A stretch of 64,000 nucleotides of DNA from an uncultured Candidatus Saccharibacteria bacterium (GTDB taxonomy: Bacteria > Patescibacteriota > Minisyncoccia > Phycocordibacterales > UBA9973): assembly GCA_964505155.1 (NCBI GenBank), contig CAZDGL010000001.1, positions 1,286 through 65,285 on the forward strand, read 5' to 3'. A program made the position numbers and the translations under genes. Below are positions 35,645 to 43,945 of the stretch, in pieces. The notes under the pieces were generated by a model. That model was not told the DNA's origin and made no database searches. It saw only the letters and a list, made by a program, of their open reading frames with translations. Positions within the stretch are counted from its first letter, which is position 1. Each line of letters begins with the position of its first letter.

Positions 35645-36307
35645 TTAATCCTTAGCTTTGGACCGAGCAATAACATAGGAGAGACGTCCATCGGACGATA
35701 CGAACTTTCCGGTTCTCTCATGGATTGACACCGTATAGGCATCTGGGATAAAGCGCATCAGATCGAGCTTGAACGATGCATTGAAATCCTCACCCTCGAA
35801 CTTCTCAGGGAGCGTGAATTCCATTTGATTGGAAGTCTCGTCCTTCGGATCTACACCACGAATGGAGAGTACTTCATCAGATCCTGATATTACCACATCC
35901 TTGAGATTAGTCAAAGCGCAAAGTGATAGGATCTTATTGAAATCGTCCTTCTTTAGAACAAATTCCGTGATGGGTTCAGTGATCTTGATATTCTTATCCT
36001 TAGGAATAGATACCACCAGATCCGGTGCCGCAGCACGATAGACCACCTTGAAGCCACCAGAAGAAATGGTAGCAGCATCCTCATCAAATTCCACATTCAC
36101 GTCCTTGAATTCGGATACGCAACTCAAGAATGTTCCCAGATCATAGATAGCAAAATCTAGAGGGAAATCTTCGTCTAGTTCAACCATGGCAAACGATGAC
36201 TTTTGCTCATCACAGGTTCGCTGGTTCTTTCCCGGTTGAAGCACGATACCCGGATTCAACTGAGTAAAGTTCTTCAGAATTTTAATAGTACGTTCAGATA
36301 GCTTCAT
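35645..36307 (-). CDS. 45: sliding clamp gp45
   Basis: MKLSERTIKILKNF...FAIYDLGTFL collinear with T4 gp45 (MKLSKDTTALLKNF...AIYDLNGFL). Confidence 0.9.
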   Translation of the reverse strand: MKLSERTIKILKNFTQLNPGIVLQPGKNQRTCDEQKSSFAMVELDEDFPLDFAIYDLGTFLSCVSEFKDVNVEFDEDAATISSGGFKVVYRAAAPDLVVSIPKDKNIKITEPITEFVLKKDDFNKILSLCALTNLKDVVISGSDEVLSIRGVDPKDETSNQMEFTLPEKFEGEDFNASFKLDLMRFIPDAYTVSIHERTGKFVSSDGRLSYVIARSKAKD

Positions 36308-36492
36308 TCAAAAATTTTCCTGTTCATTAATAATAAGTTGTCTACCAGTCCAAACATACGTCACAAATGTAGTATCTTTTGGAATTACATTGATTTCTTT
36401 TGTTTGGAATTCATCAAGTTCATCATTATAATCTTGGTGAAGAATAGTGGCAACATGATTTGGTGTAGTTTGTATTGTCACTGTAGTTGTCA

Positions 36493-36747
36493 TCACGCAA
36501 TTTCCTGAATAATGAAACGAGTGTTCTTGTTAGCCACACCACTCCAATCATATTCCGATGGTAGATCACTCACTGCTACATCAAACCATGTATCAATCTT
36601 TGGATCACGTCTCTGTTCAATCAATCTTGCTCTGGTACCCGATGGGACATAAGCATTAATAGTCACTGGCATTGTCTTACCCTTTCTTGTTAATAAATGC
36701 TGGAACAGGGTTAGGATACTTTTCAATAATTTCCTTAGCCTTGGCAT
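36493..36747 (-). CDS. hypothetical protein
   Basis: 84 aa ORF. Confidence 0.3.
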   Translation of the reverse strand: MPRLRKLLKSILTLFQHLLTRKGKTMPVTINAYVPSGTRARLIEQRRDPKIDTWFDVAVSDLPSEYDWSGVANKNTRFIIQEIA

Positions 36748-37507
36748 TCAATTCTTCCATCCATCCATCCCGAACTGCTGGTGGTCTGTCGTCTACCCAA
36801 TTTTCACGAATCATGGAATCCCTAAGCACCGTCAGGGACGCAATAGCTTTTGTGATATGGGAAAGTCCTGAAGCAGGATCGATATCCTGTCCTTCATACC
36901 AATCAGTCAAATGACGCAAGGTTGCATCGTAGTAAACGGAGCCGAGGACACCTACTTCACGGTAATTGTGCCGACCGTACTTGCGAGCACCTTCCATCAT
37001 AGCTAGGCCAACCTCGGCCCACACTACCGCTGACACGGTCGAGAACGGAACCTTGGCAATACCTACCGAATCTTTTGGATTAGACGGTTTGGTATTATGC
37101 GTGATTACCACATCGTTTGGAAAGGTGTCAAGGATAAAATCCTCATCACGTGGCATAATTACGTCACCAGATTTTACCCACGGAGACGGACCACATAACT
37201 GAGCAGAATCAACCGATGCCCATGGTGAACGTAGTAGAGAAGAATCTACTGATGGATAGAAATACTCTTGAGAAGGTAATGGACCAACTGCATCAACAAT
37301 AGGTTCTATATACTTAAGATCACCTTCCCAGATCACTGGTTTATCTGGATCCCACGCATCAATAAATTCATCAACGTCAGTCTTGTCTTCCCATCCGAAC
37401 TTGGATCCCACTTGAGTTTTTGGAATCTGGGTAGTCGGATGAATTTCAGGAAGTACTAATTCACTATGCTTTGTAGTCCAAGGATCATAAGCTTCATCAT
37501 TTCTCAT
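36677..37507 (-). CDS. hypothetical protein
   Basis: 276 aa ORF. Confidence 0.4.
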   Translation of the reverse strand: MRNDEAYDPWTTKHSELVLPEIHPTTQIPKTQVGSKFGWEDKTDVDEFIDAWDPDKPVIWEGDLKYIEPIVDAVGPLPSQEYFYPSVDSSLLRSPWASVDSAQLCGPSPWVKSGDVIMPRDEDFILDTFPNDVVITHNTKPSNPKDSVGIAKVPFSTVSAVVWAEVGLAMMEGARKYGRHNYREVGVLGSVYYDATLRHLTDWYEGQDIDPASGLSHITKAIASLTVLRDSMIRENWVDDRPPAVRDGWMEELNAKAKEIIEKYPNPVPAFINKKG

Positions 37508-37511
37508 TCAA

Positions 37512-38324
37512 TTACAATTCTCCAGTAAGTTGTGCTATCTTAGGTAGGTCACCATTGAATTCATAGGTTCCAATATGTCCTGTACGCATCCACGGACAGA
37601 GCCAAACCTGACCACCTATATTTCTCCAATATTGACAGAACATATAATCTTCCGATAGATACCGATGAGTATCTGGATCGATCACCGTGTCAAAAAAGGC
37701 ATGGATATATCGAGATCCATCAAAATGCGTCTGGCCGACATGGTCTGGCTTATAACGAAGGTGTGGATACTCTTCACGGAACTTATCAAAAACTTCGCGC
37801 TTGATCAACATAAATCCGGTGCCGATCTCAAGAACTTCTAGAGGCTCAAGAATTGAGAAATTAGAAGTACCCGGAACCGGATTGAATACATACTCACCAA
37901 TCATCTTCGATAGTTCACCAGCATCGACTTCTGGATTCTTGGTGATTGCTCGCTTGATGTTATTCCAGTTGATGGACTTCTTTGGATACGGACCACCAAT
38001 GATATCCTTATCCAAAGCAATCAATGCAATCACGTCCATTGGATCAAATCGGATATCCGAGTCGATGAACATTAGATGGGTGCATTCCGAACGTAGGAAT
38101 TCATCCGTCAGGTAATTTCGAGCACGCGTGATTAGGGATTCGTTGAATAGGAAGGAATATCTCACCTCGATTCCATATTGAATGCATAATGCCTGTAGAT
38201 CCAAACATGATTTCAGGAAGAGTCCGTGGTTCATGCCACCATACATCGGTGTGCCGATGAAAAGCTTTTTCTTGCGAAGTTCGTCTAGGTTGATTTGAAG
38301 TTCCATTAAAGGATGCGTCTCCAT
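37512..38324 (-). CDS. putative GT-A-fold glycosyltransferase
   Basis: ...HLMFIDSDIRFDP (DxD-type motif) in a 270 aa ORF. Confidence 0.4.
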   Translation of the reverse strand: METHPLMELQINLDELRKKKLFIGTPMYGGMNHGLFLKSCLDLQALCIQYGIEVRYSFLFNESLITRARNYLTDEFLRSECTHLMFIDSDIRFDPMDVIALIALDKDIIGGPYPKKSINWNNIKRAITKNPEVDAGELSKMIGEYVFNPVPGTSNFSILEPLEVLEIGTGFMLIKREVFDKFREEYPHLRYKPDHVGQTHFDGSRYIHAFFDTVIDPDTHRYLSEDYMFCQYWRNIGGQVWLCPWMRTGHIGTYEFNGDLPKIAQLTGEL

Positions 38325-38395
38325 GCAATAAAGGGAAGGAACATTGATTACCCTTTATTTATCACACCTTTTGGGACTTTTCGAAATTTTCTCCG

Positions 38396-38424
38396 TTGAC
38401 AATTTTTCAAAACTAAGGTAGATT
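38396..38424 (+). promoter_or_regulatory. sigma70-type early promoter TTGACA-N17-TAGATT
   Basis: -35 at 38396..38401, -10 at 38419..38424; the ATG lies 25 nt downstream with a GGAG SD. Confidence 0.65.
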
Positions 38425-38448
38425 GGTTTCAACAAATGGAGAACGAAT

Positions 38449-38652
38449 ATGAACACCTACCGGATTGTGAAGCGAGCCTTCAGCGAATACACCGAGATCG
38501 AAACGGTCGAAGGTTGGGTAAACGCAATGGAGCGTGCCAGCATTCTTGAATTCACTCACAACGACGGTGAATATTTGGTTCTCTCGATGGATGAGCCGAA
38601 TAAGACTGAATCTACGGATCCCTATTTCCAGAGTGGTCTGGATTACCTTTAA
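38449..38652 (+). CDS. small GC-rich early protein (MN... family leader)
   Basis: 67 aa; leader and first codons (caaatggagaacgaatATGAACACC) are paralogous to the 62674 gene leader; GC3 far above the genome background. Confidence 0.5.
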   Translation: MNTYRIVKRAFSEYTEIETVEGWVNAMERASILEFTHNDGEYLVLSMDEPNKTESTDPYFQSGLDYL

Positions 38653-38664
38653 GGAGACCCTTCA

Positions 38665-38871
38665 ATGAACATCCGCTATTGGTTCGAAACCCTCAACGAC
38701 GCTCTGGAGTCTGAAGGACTGGTCGAATACTGGCCACTCGGTCTCAACATCGAATACGACCGAACCGTAGCCTTCGCTGCTAATGGAAAGTGGATCTCGG
38801 TCTATCGCGACAGCAATGGACGCTACGAACGTCCGATCCATTATTCGACAAAAATGCAAAACACCTATTGA
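38665..38871 (+). CDS. small GC-rich protein
   Basis: 68 aa, AAGGAG SD, starts MN. Confidence 0.5.
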   Translation: MNIRYWFETLNDALESEGLVEYWPLGLNIEYDRTVAFAANGKWISVYRDSNGRYERPIHYSTKMQNTY

Positions 38872-38896
38872 CACTTTTCAAAAGTTGAGATAGATT
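38868..38896 (+). promoter_or_regulatory. sigma70-type early promoter TTGACA-N17-TAGATT
   Basis: -35 at 38868..38873, -10 at 38891..38896. Confidence 0.65.
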
Positions 38897-38932
38897 GTTT
38901 TCATCAAATCGAAACCGGGAAAGGACATCCCC

Positions 38933-39127
38933 ATGAACGATTTTTCGAAGAAGACCCTGAAGACCCTCGCGAAGCGCGGGATCACCATCTACGGGATCAC
39001 CTTGATCCCTGACTTCAGCAATCCGATGCCTTTCGCGAATGGGACTCGCGGGTACAAGATCAACGACAACGACTGCGGTCGGATCTGGACCTTTCAGGAA
39101 GTCCTCAACGCAGCGAAGGGAGCCTAA
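38933..39127 (+). CDS. small GC-rich protein
   Basis: 64 aa, starts MN. Confidence 0.5.
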   Translation: MNDFSKKTLKTLAKRGITIYGITLIPDFSNPMPFANGTRGYKINDNDCGRIWTFQEVLNAAKGA

Positions 39128-39128
39128 A

Positions 39129-39326
39129 ATGACCGAAATGGCAACCGCACGGTTTATGCGACACTACCTCGAAATCGGTGATAAACTGAAGAGGATTCAG
39201 GAATTCCATGACAATCACTTCGAGGTGGATCCTGATAATATCAACTGGGGAGATTGTGGTTCGGTAGCTCATATCAATATGATGCTGAGTGAGGTTCTCG
39301 ACTTTATCGAACCTGAGCAGAGATAA
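39129..39326 (+). CDS. small GC-rich protein
   Basis: ATG at 39129 with a GGAG SD; 65 aa; the track's longer 39039 start overlaps the previous gene. Confidence 0.45.
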   Translation: MTEMATARFMRHYLEIGDKLKRIQEFHDNHFEVDPDNINWGDCGSVAHINMMLSEVLDFIEPEQR

Positions 39327-39330
39327 GAAA

Positions 39331-39356
39331 AGGAGCCGAAAGGCTCCTTAATTCTT
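39331..39356 (+). terminator. rho-independent terminator (GNRA tetraloop hairpin)
   Basis: AGGAGCC-GAAA-GGCTCCT then TAATTCTT; near-identical to the hairpin at 40726. Confidence 0.6.
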
Positions 39357-39403
39357 GGTGCGGACTAGCGGTAACGATCCGCTTTCTACTCGTTGGCAAC
39401 GAG

Positions 39404-40060
39404 TCATAATTCCTTTATACGAAGCCCGCTAAATTTTCGACCTTTATACCAACCTTCTGGTATCTGGTCAAGTTTATTTATCTTTCGGTTCCTAGTTCCA
39501 TCAGTTATCCACATAGTTCCGAAAGCAGGATTTTTCTGACCGTTTCTATCAACTTTTTGTTGAGCCTCAGATATTTTTCGTTTAATCTCGTCAGATTGAG
39601 TTTTACCTAGTTGAGAATAAACAAAATTTGATGACGGTATATGTTTGATACCTTTTTCTTTTTTTGCTAAGGCACCTTTAATTCCAAGTTCTCTTAGTTT
39701 TTCTTTTGAAAATTTACCTATAGAACTGTCATATCCTTTACGAACATATTCGTTTTTCAAATTTGACGAATTGATGTATTTAAACCCTCCACCGAACCCA
39801 CCTACACAAATATTGTAGGTGTTTGATAGTCCACACCAATCTTCATCTACTAATTCAGCTTCTTTGAGAAGCATATCTTGTTCGGTATCAAAACGATATA
39901 AGATCTCTTTATTAAAATTTTCACGTCCGTATTTCTTTACGGCATGCTTCAAATGAGTACCAGATCCAAGATATCCATCGTCTAAATTCTTAGTTTGATG
40001 GATGCCTCGATATACTTTATCGTTTAAGAGATTGGTAGTTTGGTAGACGATGTAGTGCAT
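39404..40060 (-). CDS. GIY-YIG homing endonuclease (Seg-like), paralog family member
   Basis: MHYIVYQTTNLLNDKVYRGIHQT...YLGSG; 218 aa. Confidence 0.8.
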   Translation of the reverse strand: MHYIVYQTTNLLNDKVYRGIHQTKNLDDGYLGSGTHLKHAVKKYGRENFNKEILYRFDTEQDMLLKEAELVDEDWCGLSNTYNICVGGFGGGFKYINSSNLKNEYVRKGYDSSIGKFSKEKLRELGIKGALAKKEKGIKHIPSSNFVYSQLGKTQSDEIKRKISEAQQKVDRNGQKNPAFGTMWITDGTRNRKINKLDQIPEGWYKGRKFSGLRIKEL

Positions 40061-40065
40061 TTAAG

Positions 40066-40110
40066 GGAGTCCTGATTACCGTTTACTATTATTTAGGTAA
40101 TCAGGACTCC
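40066..40110 (-). promoter_or_regulatory. 15-bp-stem hairpin with conserved CTAAATAATAGTAAAC loop upstream of the GIY-YIG gene
   Basis: ggagtcctgattacc / ggtaatcaggactcc; the SD AGGA lies in the 3' stem 10 nt from the ATG. Confidence 0.6.
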
Positions 40111-40115
40111 AAGGG

Positions 40116-40190
40116 AGCGTCCAGTCGGATTCGAACCGACACTTACTGGTTGGAAGCCAGTCGTGCTTAGCCGTTAAACACTATAGAAGC
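40116..40190 (-). tRNA. tRNA-Gly (anticodon UCC)
   Basis: Anticodon stem ACTGG/CCAGT, loop CTTCCAA, T-arm GTCGG-TTCGAAT-CCGAC, discriminator U; acceptor with one U.C mismatch; CCA not encoded. Confidence 0.65.
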
Positions 40191-40277
40191 ATATGGCCGC
40201 TGTGCTGCATTACACCATAGGGCATCAGGAAAATTGGCTGCCCCACCCAGAATTGAACTAGATCCTGCGACAAGGAT

Positions 40278-40307
40278 ATTTATATGCATTTTATCACGTG
40301 GTGTCAA
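40278..40307 (-). promoter_or_regulatory. sigma70-type promoter TTGACA-N17-TATAAAT (minus strand) upstream of tRNA-Gly
   Basis: Minus-strand TTGACAccacgtgataaaatgcaTATAAAT; transcription would run through a roughly 90 nt structured leader into tRNA-Gly. Confidence 0.55.
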
Positions 40308-40353
40308 CAAAAAAGAATCTTTCAAAGATTTTTCTTTAAGCCGAAGAATCCCG

Positions 40354-40382
40354 TTGACAAATTCAGAGAAATACGCGATATT
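40354..40382 (+). promoter_or_regulatory. sigma70-type promoter TTGACA-N17-GATATT
   Basis: -35 at 40354..40359; weaker -10. Confidence 0.45.
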
Positions 40383-40428
40383 CAGATTATAGAAATTGAG
40401 CCGAAACAAACAACCGAAGGAGACTAAC

Positions 40429-40716
40429 ATGACTGCTACCGCTACGAAGCTTGGTCGCAAGGACGCTCTCACCAGCAAGGTGAAGGCCCACTACCTCACC
40501 AACCTCGACACCCTGACCAACCGCTACTACGCTGGTCGCTTGATGGACGAGGGTTTCATTTCGCAGGAGAATGTCCCTACCGGAAAGCAGGGACGTCCCC
40601 CGGTTCGCTACATCCTGACGGGTAAGGGTAAGGGTTTCCTGAGCCTTGCCTCGAAGTGGAACAAGCAGAAGGACGAGACGGTCATCGAGATTAACCCTTT
40701 CGAGATCAAGCTCTAG
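40429..40716 (+). CDS. GC-rich small basic protein with a GKQGRPP AT-hook-like motif
   Basis: ATG at 40429 with an AAGGAG SD; 95 aa; GC about 57% versus a genome around 40%; TGKQGRPPVRYILTGKGKG resembles the H-NS/Lsr2-type Q/RGR DNA-binding loop. Confidence 0.5.
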   Translation: MTATATKLGRKDALTSKVKAHYLTNLDTLTNRYYAGRLMDEGFISQENVPTGKQGRPPVRYILTGKGKGFLSLASKWNKQKDETVIEINPFEIKL

Positions 40717-40725
40717 AACGGAAGA

Positions 40726-40750
40726 GGGAGCCGAAAGGCTCCCTTTTTAC
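40726..40750 (+). terminator. rho-independent terminator
   Basis: GGGAGCC-GAAA-GGCTCCC followed by TTTTTAC. Confidence 0.7.
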
Positions 40751-40935
40751 TTTGCATACTCAATCAAGAACTGAGTAGGATTGAGTCCTGCATTTCTGAG
40801 ATAGGATTCCGCATCCTGAGGGTTTCGGAATTCCAGAAGCTTGGTTGCTCCAGACTCAGTATACTCCGACATGCTCTGGAGATATTGTCTTCCTTCAATA
40901 CTGAAAATTACGTACATTAGCGTTTCCTTATTCAA
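40747..40935 (-). CDS. hypothetical protein
   Basis: 62 aa ORF. Confidence 0.3.
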   Translation of the reverse strand: MNKETLMYVIFSIEGRQYLQSMSEYTESGATKLLEFRNPQDAESYLRNAGLNPTQFLIEYAK

Positions 40936-41701
40936 AGTCTAGCTGCTCAACGAGTCGCTCGTTAGCCTTGGTGAAGTATTCAGGATCTGCCTCGATACAA
41001 ACCCATTTGCGGTTCGTCTGTCGGGCAGCTACTGCCGTTGTTCCGGCTCCTGCAGTATTATCTAGGATAACTTCACCTTCGTTGCTGTAGGTTCGAATGA
41101 GATACGCGAACAAATCTACTGGCTTCTGAGTAGGATGAAACCCACTCGAATTAGAATCGAAGCGCAGGATTGAATCGGGATAGCCTTCGTATTCTGGTGT
41201 ATAATCCCTATGCGATGGTCTGGTGCCGATATGGCCACCATACTTGCGGGTTCCGTCCTGAACCTTAGGTCGCAATATTTTCTTCAACCCTTGAGGATTA
41301 TATGTCATTCTGGACGATGTCAAGTGCTCATGATTGGTCGTTGCCTTGGAAAATATGAGCACATTCTCATGTTTCTTCAGAGGCTTATTCTTTGCATGAA
41401 CAAATCCTGTGGGCTTGGTCTTCTCCCAGATCAATTCGTATTTGAAGTATTCAATCTGGGAAACGATGCACGCTGTGGTGAATGGTTGAGACGCAGTCAT
41501 AACCACCGTTCCCGTAGGCTTCAGGAGCCTCCAGTATTCATCCCATAGCTGATTAAATGGAAGAACCGAATCCCATCCACATTCCGTGGTTCCGTATGGC
41601 AAATCGACCAGCACCATATCAATCGAACCGGATGCTAGCTGTGGCATCACGTCGAAGCAATCACCCTGATAGAAAGTGCCATCGGGATATTCCTGTTTCA
41701 T
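40928..41701 (-). CDS. DNA methyltransferase, beta-class amino-MTase (CcrM/HinfI-like N6-adenine type)
   Basis: Motif IV VDLPYGTT precedes motif I DNTAGAGTTAVAA; paralog of 43946..44692; ATGA overlap with the gene 46 stop. Confidence 0.75.
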   Translation of the reverse strand: MKQEYPDGTFYQGDCFDVMPQLASGSIDMVLVDLPYGTTECGWDSVLPFNQLWDEYWRLLKPTGTVVMTASQPFTTACIVSQIEYFKYELIWEKTKPTGFVHAKNKPLKKHENVLIFSKATTNHEHLTSSRMTYNPQGLKKILRPKVQDGTRKYGGHIGTRPSHRDYTPEYEGYPDSILRFDSNSSGFHPTQKPVDLFAYLIRTYSNEGEVILDNTAGAGTTAVAARQTNRKWVCIEADPEYFTKANERLVEQLDFE

Positions 41702-43410
41702 TCGGATCCTTTGATAAACGAATAGTTCTTCTCTTTGATAAATTCAATCACTCTATCAAACTTGGACTGAAGCTGTGGTTTGTGGGAAATAATGATCGTG
41801 TTGGTCTCAGGCAGAAGTTTCTGGATTTGTTCAAACTCGTCCATTCCTTCCTCGTCCATGGAGGAATCCATAACCTCGTCCAAGATCAGGAGATTGGTAT
41901 TGATCGAATTCTTCTGCTTGGCAATATCCCTGAAAGCCCACAGAATGGCAAAATCAATTCGCATGGTCTCACCTGCGGACAGGGAGCCATAGCTGATTTC
42001 ATTGTATCCGAACTTGATGGATTCCTTGAAGGTCTCGTCCAGTTTGAATTCGATATCCATTCCCATTTGAGTGATGTATTTGTTGATTTTTTTGTTCAGG
42101 ATTGGAATGTACTTCTTGATGATTTTGGCCTTGATCCCGGTATCCTTGAGAAGCTCAATTGAGGTCTCTAGATCTTCCTTAGTAATAGAAAGAAGATTCT
42201 TTTTCTGCTTGACAAGAACCAGAGCATCCTTAGAATCTTGGAGACGCTCCTCAGTATCACGCTGTAGATCATCAGTTTTAGAAAGCTTGAGAATGTCATT
42301 GGATAGACGCTTTCGTTCGGACTTCTTTGAATCAATGGTGATCTTCAGCTTGGATATCTCGGCATTATAGCGTGCGACATCCTTCGTTAGTCTTTCAAGC
42401 TCCTCGATATCCTGATCGAGCTTCTTTAGCTCTTGCTCCACTTTGGTGATATTGTCAATCTGATTTTCAATAATTCCATCCAGATTGGATATGATGCTCT
42501 GAGAATGGTCGTGCGATATTCCCTGCAGACACGTTGGACACTTGACATTTTCCGTAAAGAAGCTTCTATCTTCTTTGTTTGTGGTAAGCTTCGTATTCAG
42601 CTTAACTCGAACGTCTTTCAATGCTGACCGTCTGGATGGTGCCTTCGTGTATTTCTCAATTTCCTCGGATAGAACCTCAACAAATCCCTTCAGTTCGATT
42701 TCTCGATCCACGGACGCGATGATAGTCGTATCGATTACCTCGATCTGCTTCTTCAGATCCTCGATCTTATCCTCGTTGTTGGATTGAATAGAGTCAATAG
42801 TCTTTTCCAGATACGAAATACGTTCTACCAGATTATCGTATTCATTGGAATTCTTGACAATATCTTCCTTCAGATCCACAAGTCTCTTCTTAGCAATCAC
42901 ATTCATGATTGAAAAGATACGGATATCCAGCAGATCTTCTACTACAATACGACGTTCTGCTGGTGTTAATTCTAGTAGAGGCTTATGAAGTTTGGCAGAT
43001 ACAATATTGATCTGCTTGAATCCCTTATACGAAGACTTCAGAATCGTCTTTTCTAGAATCTCCTGATAGTCTAGAGTAGAAGCTTCCTTGTTTAAAATCT
43101 CTCCATCGCATATGATATCAAATACTGCAGGCTTAAGTCCGCGTCTAATCATGTAGGACTTGCCTAGAGTATCAAATTCTACTTCAACTAGACAATCCTT
43201 CTTGTTGGTCCAGCTAACCAAATCCGGTTTGTTGATATTTCTATACGGCTTTCCATACAACGCAAAAGTCACGGCATCCATCACTGTGGATTTGCCGTGA
43301 CCGTTTTTACCAATGAACAAAGTATTCCGGTGAGAATCGAGTCTCACTTCGGTCATGACGTTGCCAGTACTTAAAAAGTTCTTCCAGCGAATTACTTTAA
43401 TCTTCAGCAT
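41698..43410 (-). CDS. 46: recombination endonuclease subunit gp46 (Rad50/SbcC-like ATPase)
   Basis: Walker A GKNGHGKST, coiled-coil middle, CPTC zinc hook, C-terminal LILDEVMDS (Walker B); 570 aa. Confidence 0.85.
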   Translation of the reverse strand: MLKIKVIRWKNFLSTGNVMTEVRLDSHRNTLFIGKNGHGKSTVMDAVTFALYGKPYRNINKPDLVSWTNKKDCLVEVEFDTLGKSYMIRRGLKPAVFDIICDGEILNKEASTLDYQEILEKTILKSSYKGFKQINIVSAKLHKPLLELTPAERRIVVEDLLDIRIFSIMNVIAKKRLVDLKEDIVKNSNEYDNLVERISYLEKTIDSIQSNNEDKIEDLKKQIEVIDTTIIASVDREIELKGFVEVLSEEIEKYTKAPSRRSALKDVRVKLNTKLTTNKEDRSFFTENVKCPTCLQGISHDHSQSIISNLDGIIENQIDNITKVEQELKKLDQDIEELERLTKDVARYNAEISKLKITIDSKKSERKRLSNDILKLSKTDDLQRDTEERLQDSKDALVLVKQKKNLLSITKEDLETSIELLKDTGIKAKIIKKYIPILNKKINKYITQMGMDIEFKLDETFKESIKFGYNEISYGSLSAGETMRIDFAILWAFRDIAKQKNSINTNLLILDEVMDSSMDEEGMDEFEQIQKLLPETNTIIISHKPQLQSKFDRVIEFIKEKNYSFIKGSE

Positions 43411-43867
43411 GTGATTTTATATACTCTATAGTTCTTTCCAATATTGTCACATCCTCTTTAGAATGTCCAATCATTGTATTGCAATTCACACACAATAATT
43501 TTCTAATTTTTCCAGTATTGTGATTATGATCTACACCTAATGATAATCCATTTTGCGGTGGATTAGAACAAATGAAGCACAAATTGTTTTGCTTTTCTAC
43601 CATTTCTTCGTATTCATCTATTGAAATACCAAATAAATGACGAAGTTTATAGTTCTTTCTTCCTCGAAAACCAAGTTTATCATGTCTTACTTTTCGAGTA
43701 TTCTGTCTTTCTTCTATGGAAAGAGAATGATATTCATTTTTACTCTTTTGAATTTCACACGCTTTACATTTAGGCTTATAAATGAATTCTACCTTTTTAC
43801 CTTTTCGCTGAACATAAAACTCCGAAACTGGTTTAGTAAGCTTACATTTAGTACAGGTTTTTTCCAT
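43397..43867 (-). CDS. HNH endonuclease
   Basis: VDHNHNTGKIRKLLCVNCNTMIGH; CTAAATA plus a hairpin upstream. Confidence 0.75.
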   Translation of the reverse strand: MEKTCTKCKLTKPVSEFYVQRKGKKVEFIYKPKCKACEIQKSKNEYHSLSIEERQNTRKVRHDKLGFRGRKNYKLRHLFGISIDEYEEMVEKQNNLCFICSNPPQNGLSLGVDHNHNTGKIRKLLCVNCNTMIGHSKEDVTILERTIEYIKSHAED

Positions 43868-43945
43868 TCAATACTCCTAGTGGAAATGTTTCTAAGAGTA
43901 TTTAGTTTTTCCATTCTTCCAGCGTACAGTCTTTATTTTCAACAA

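Noticed and set aside
39039-39326. Longer 95-aa version of the last cassette ORF
   Set aside because: Its upstream extension overlaps the preceding ORF in another frame; an ATG with GGAG SD at 39129 gives a non-overlapping 65-aa product.
40196-40270. Possible additional tRNA between the minus-strand promoter and tRNA-Gly
   Set aside because: Only a T-arm-like hairpin and a 3' acceptor-like strand plus CCA are present; no complementary 5' acceptor strand and no 7-nt anticodon loop.
41557-42162. 201-aa plus-strand ORF (and 43637..44173, 44664..45074)
   Set aside because: Antisense to well-supported minus-strand genes (gene 46, HNH, methyltransferase); no independent signals.
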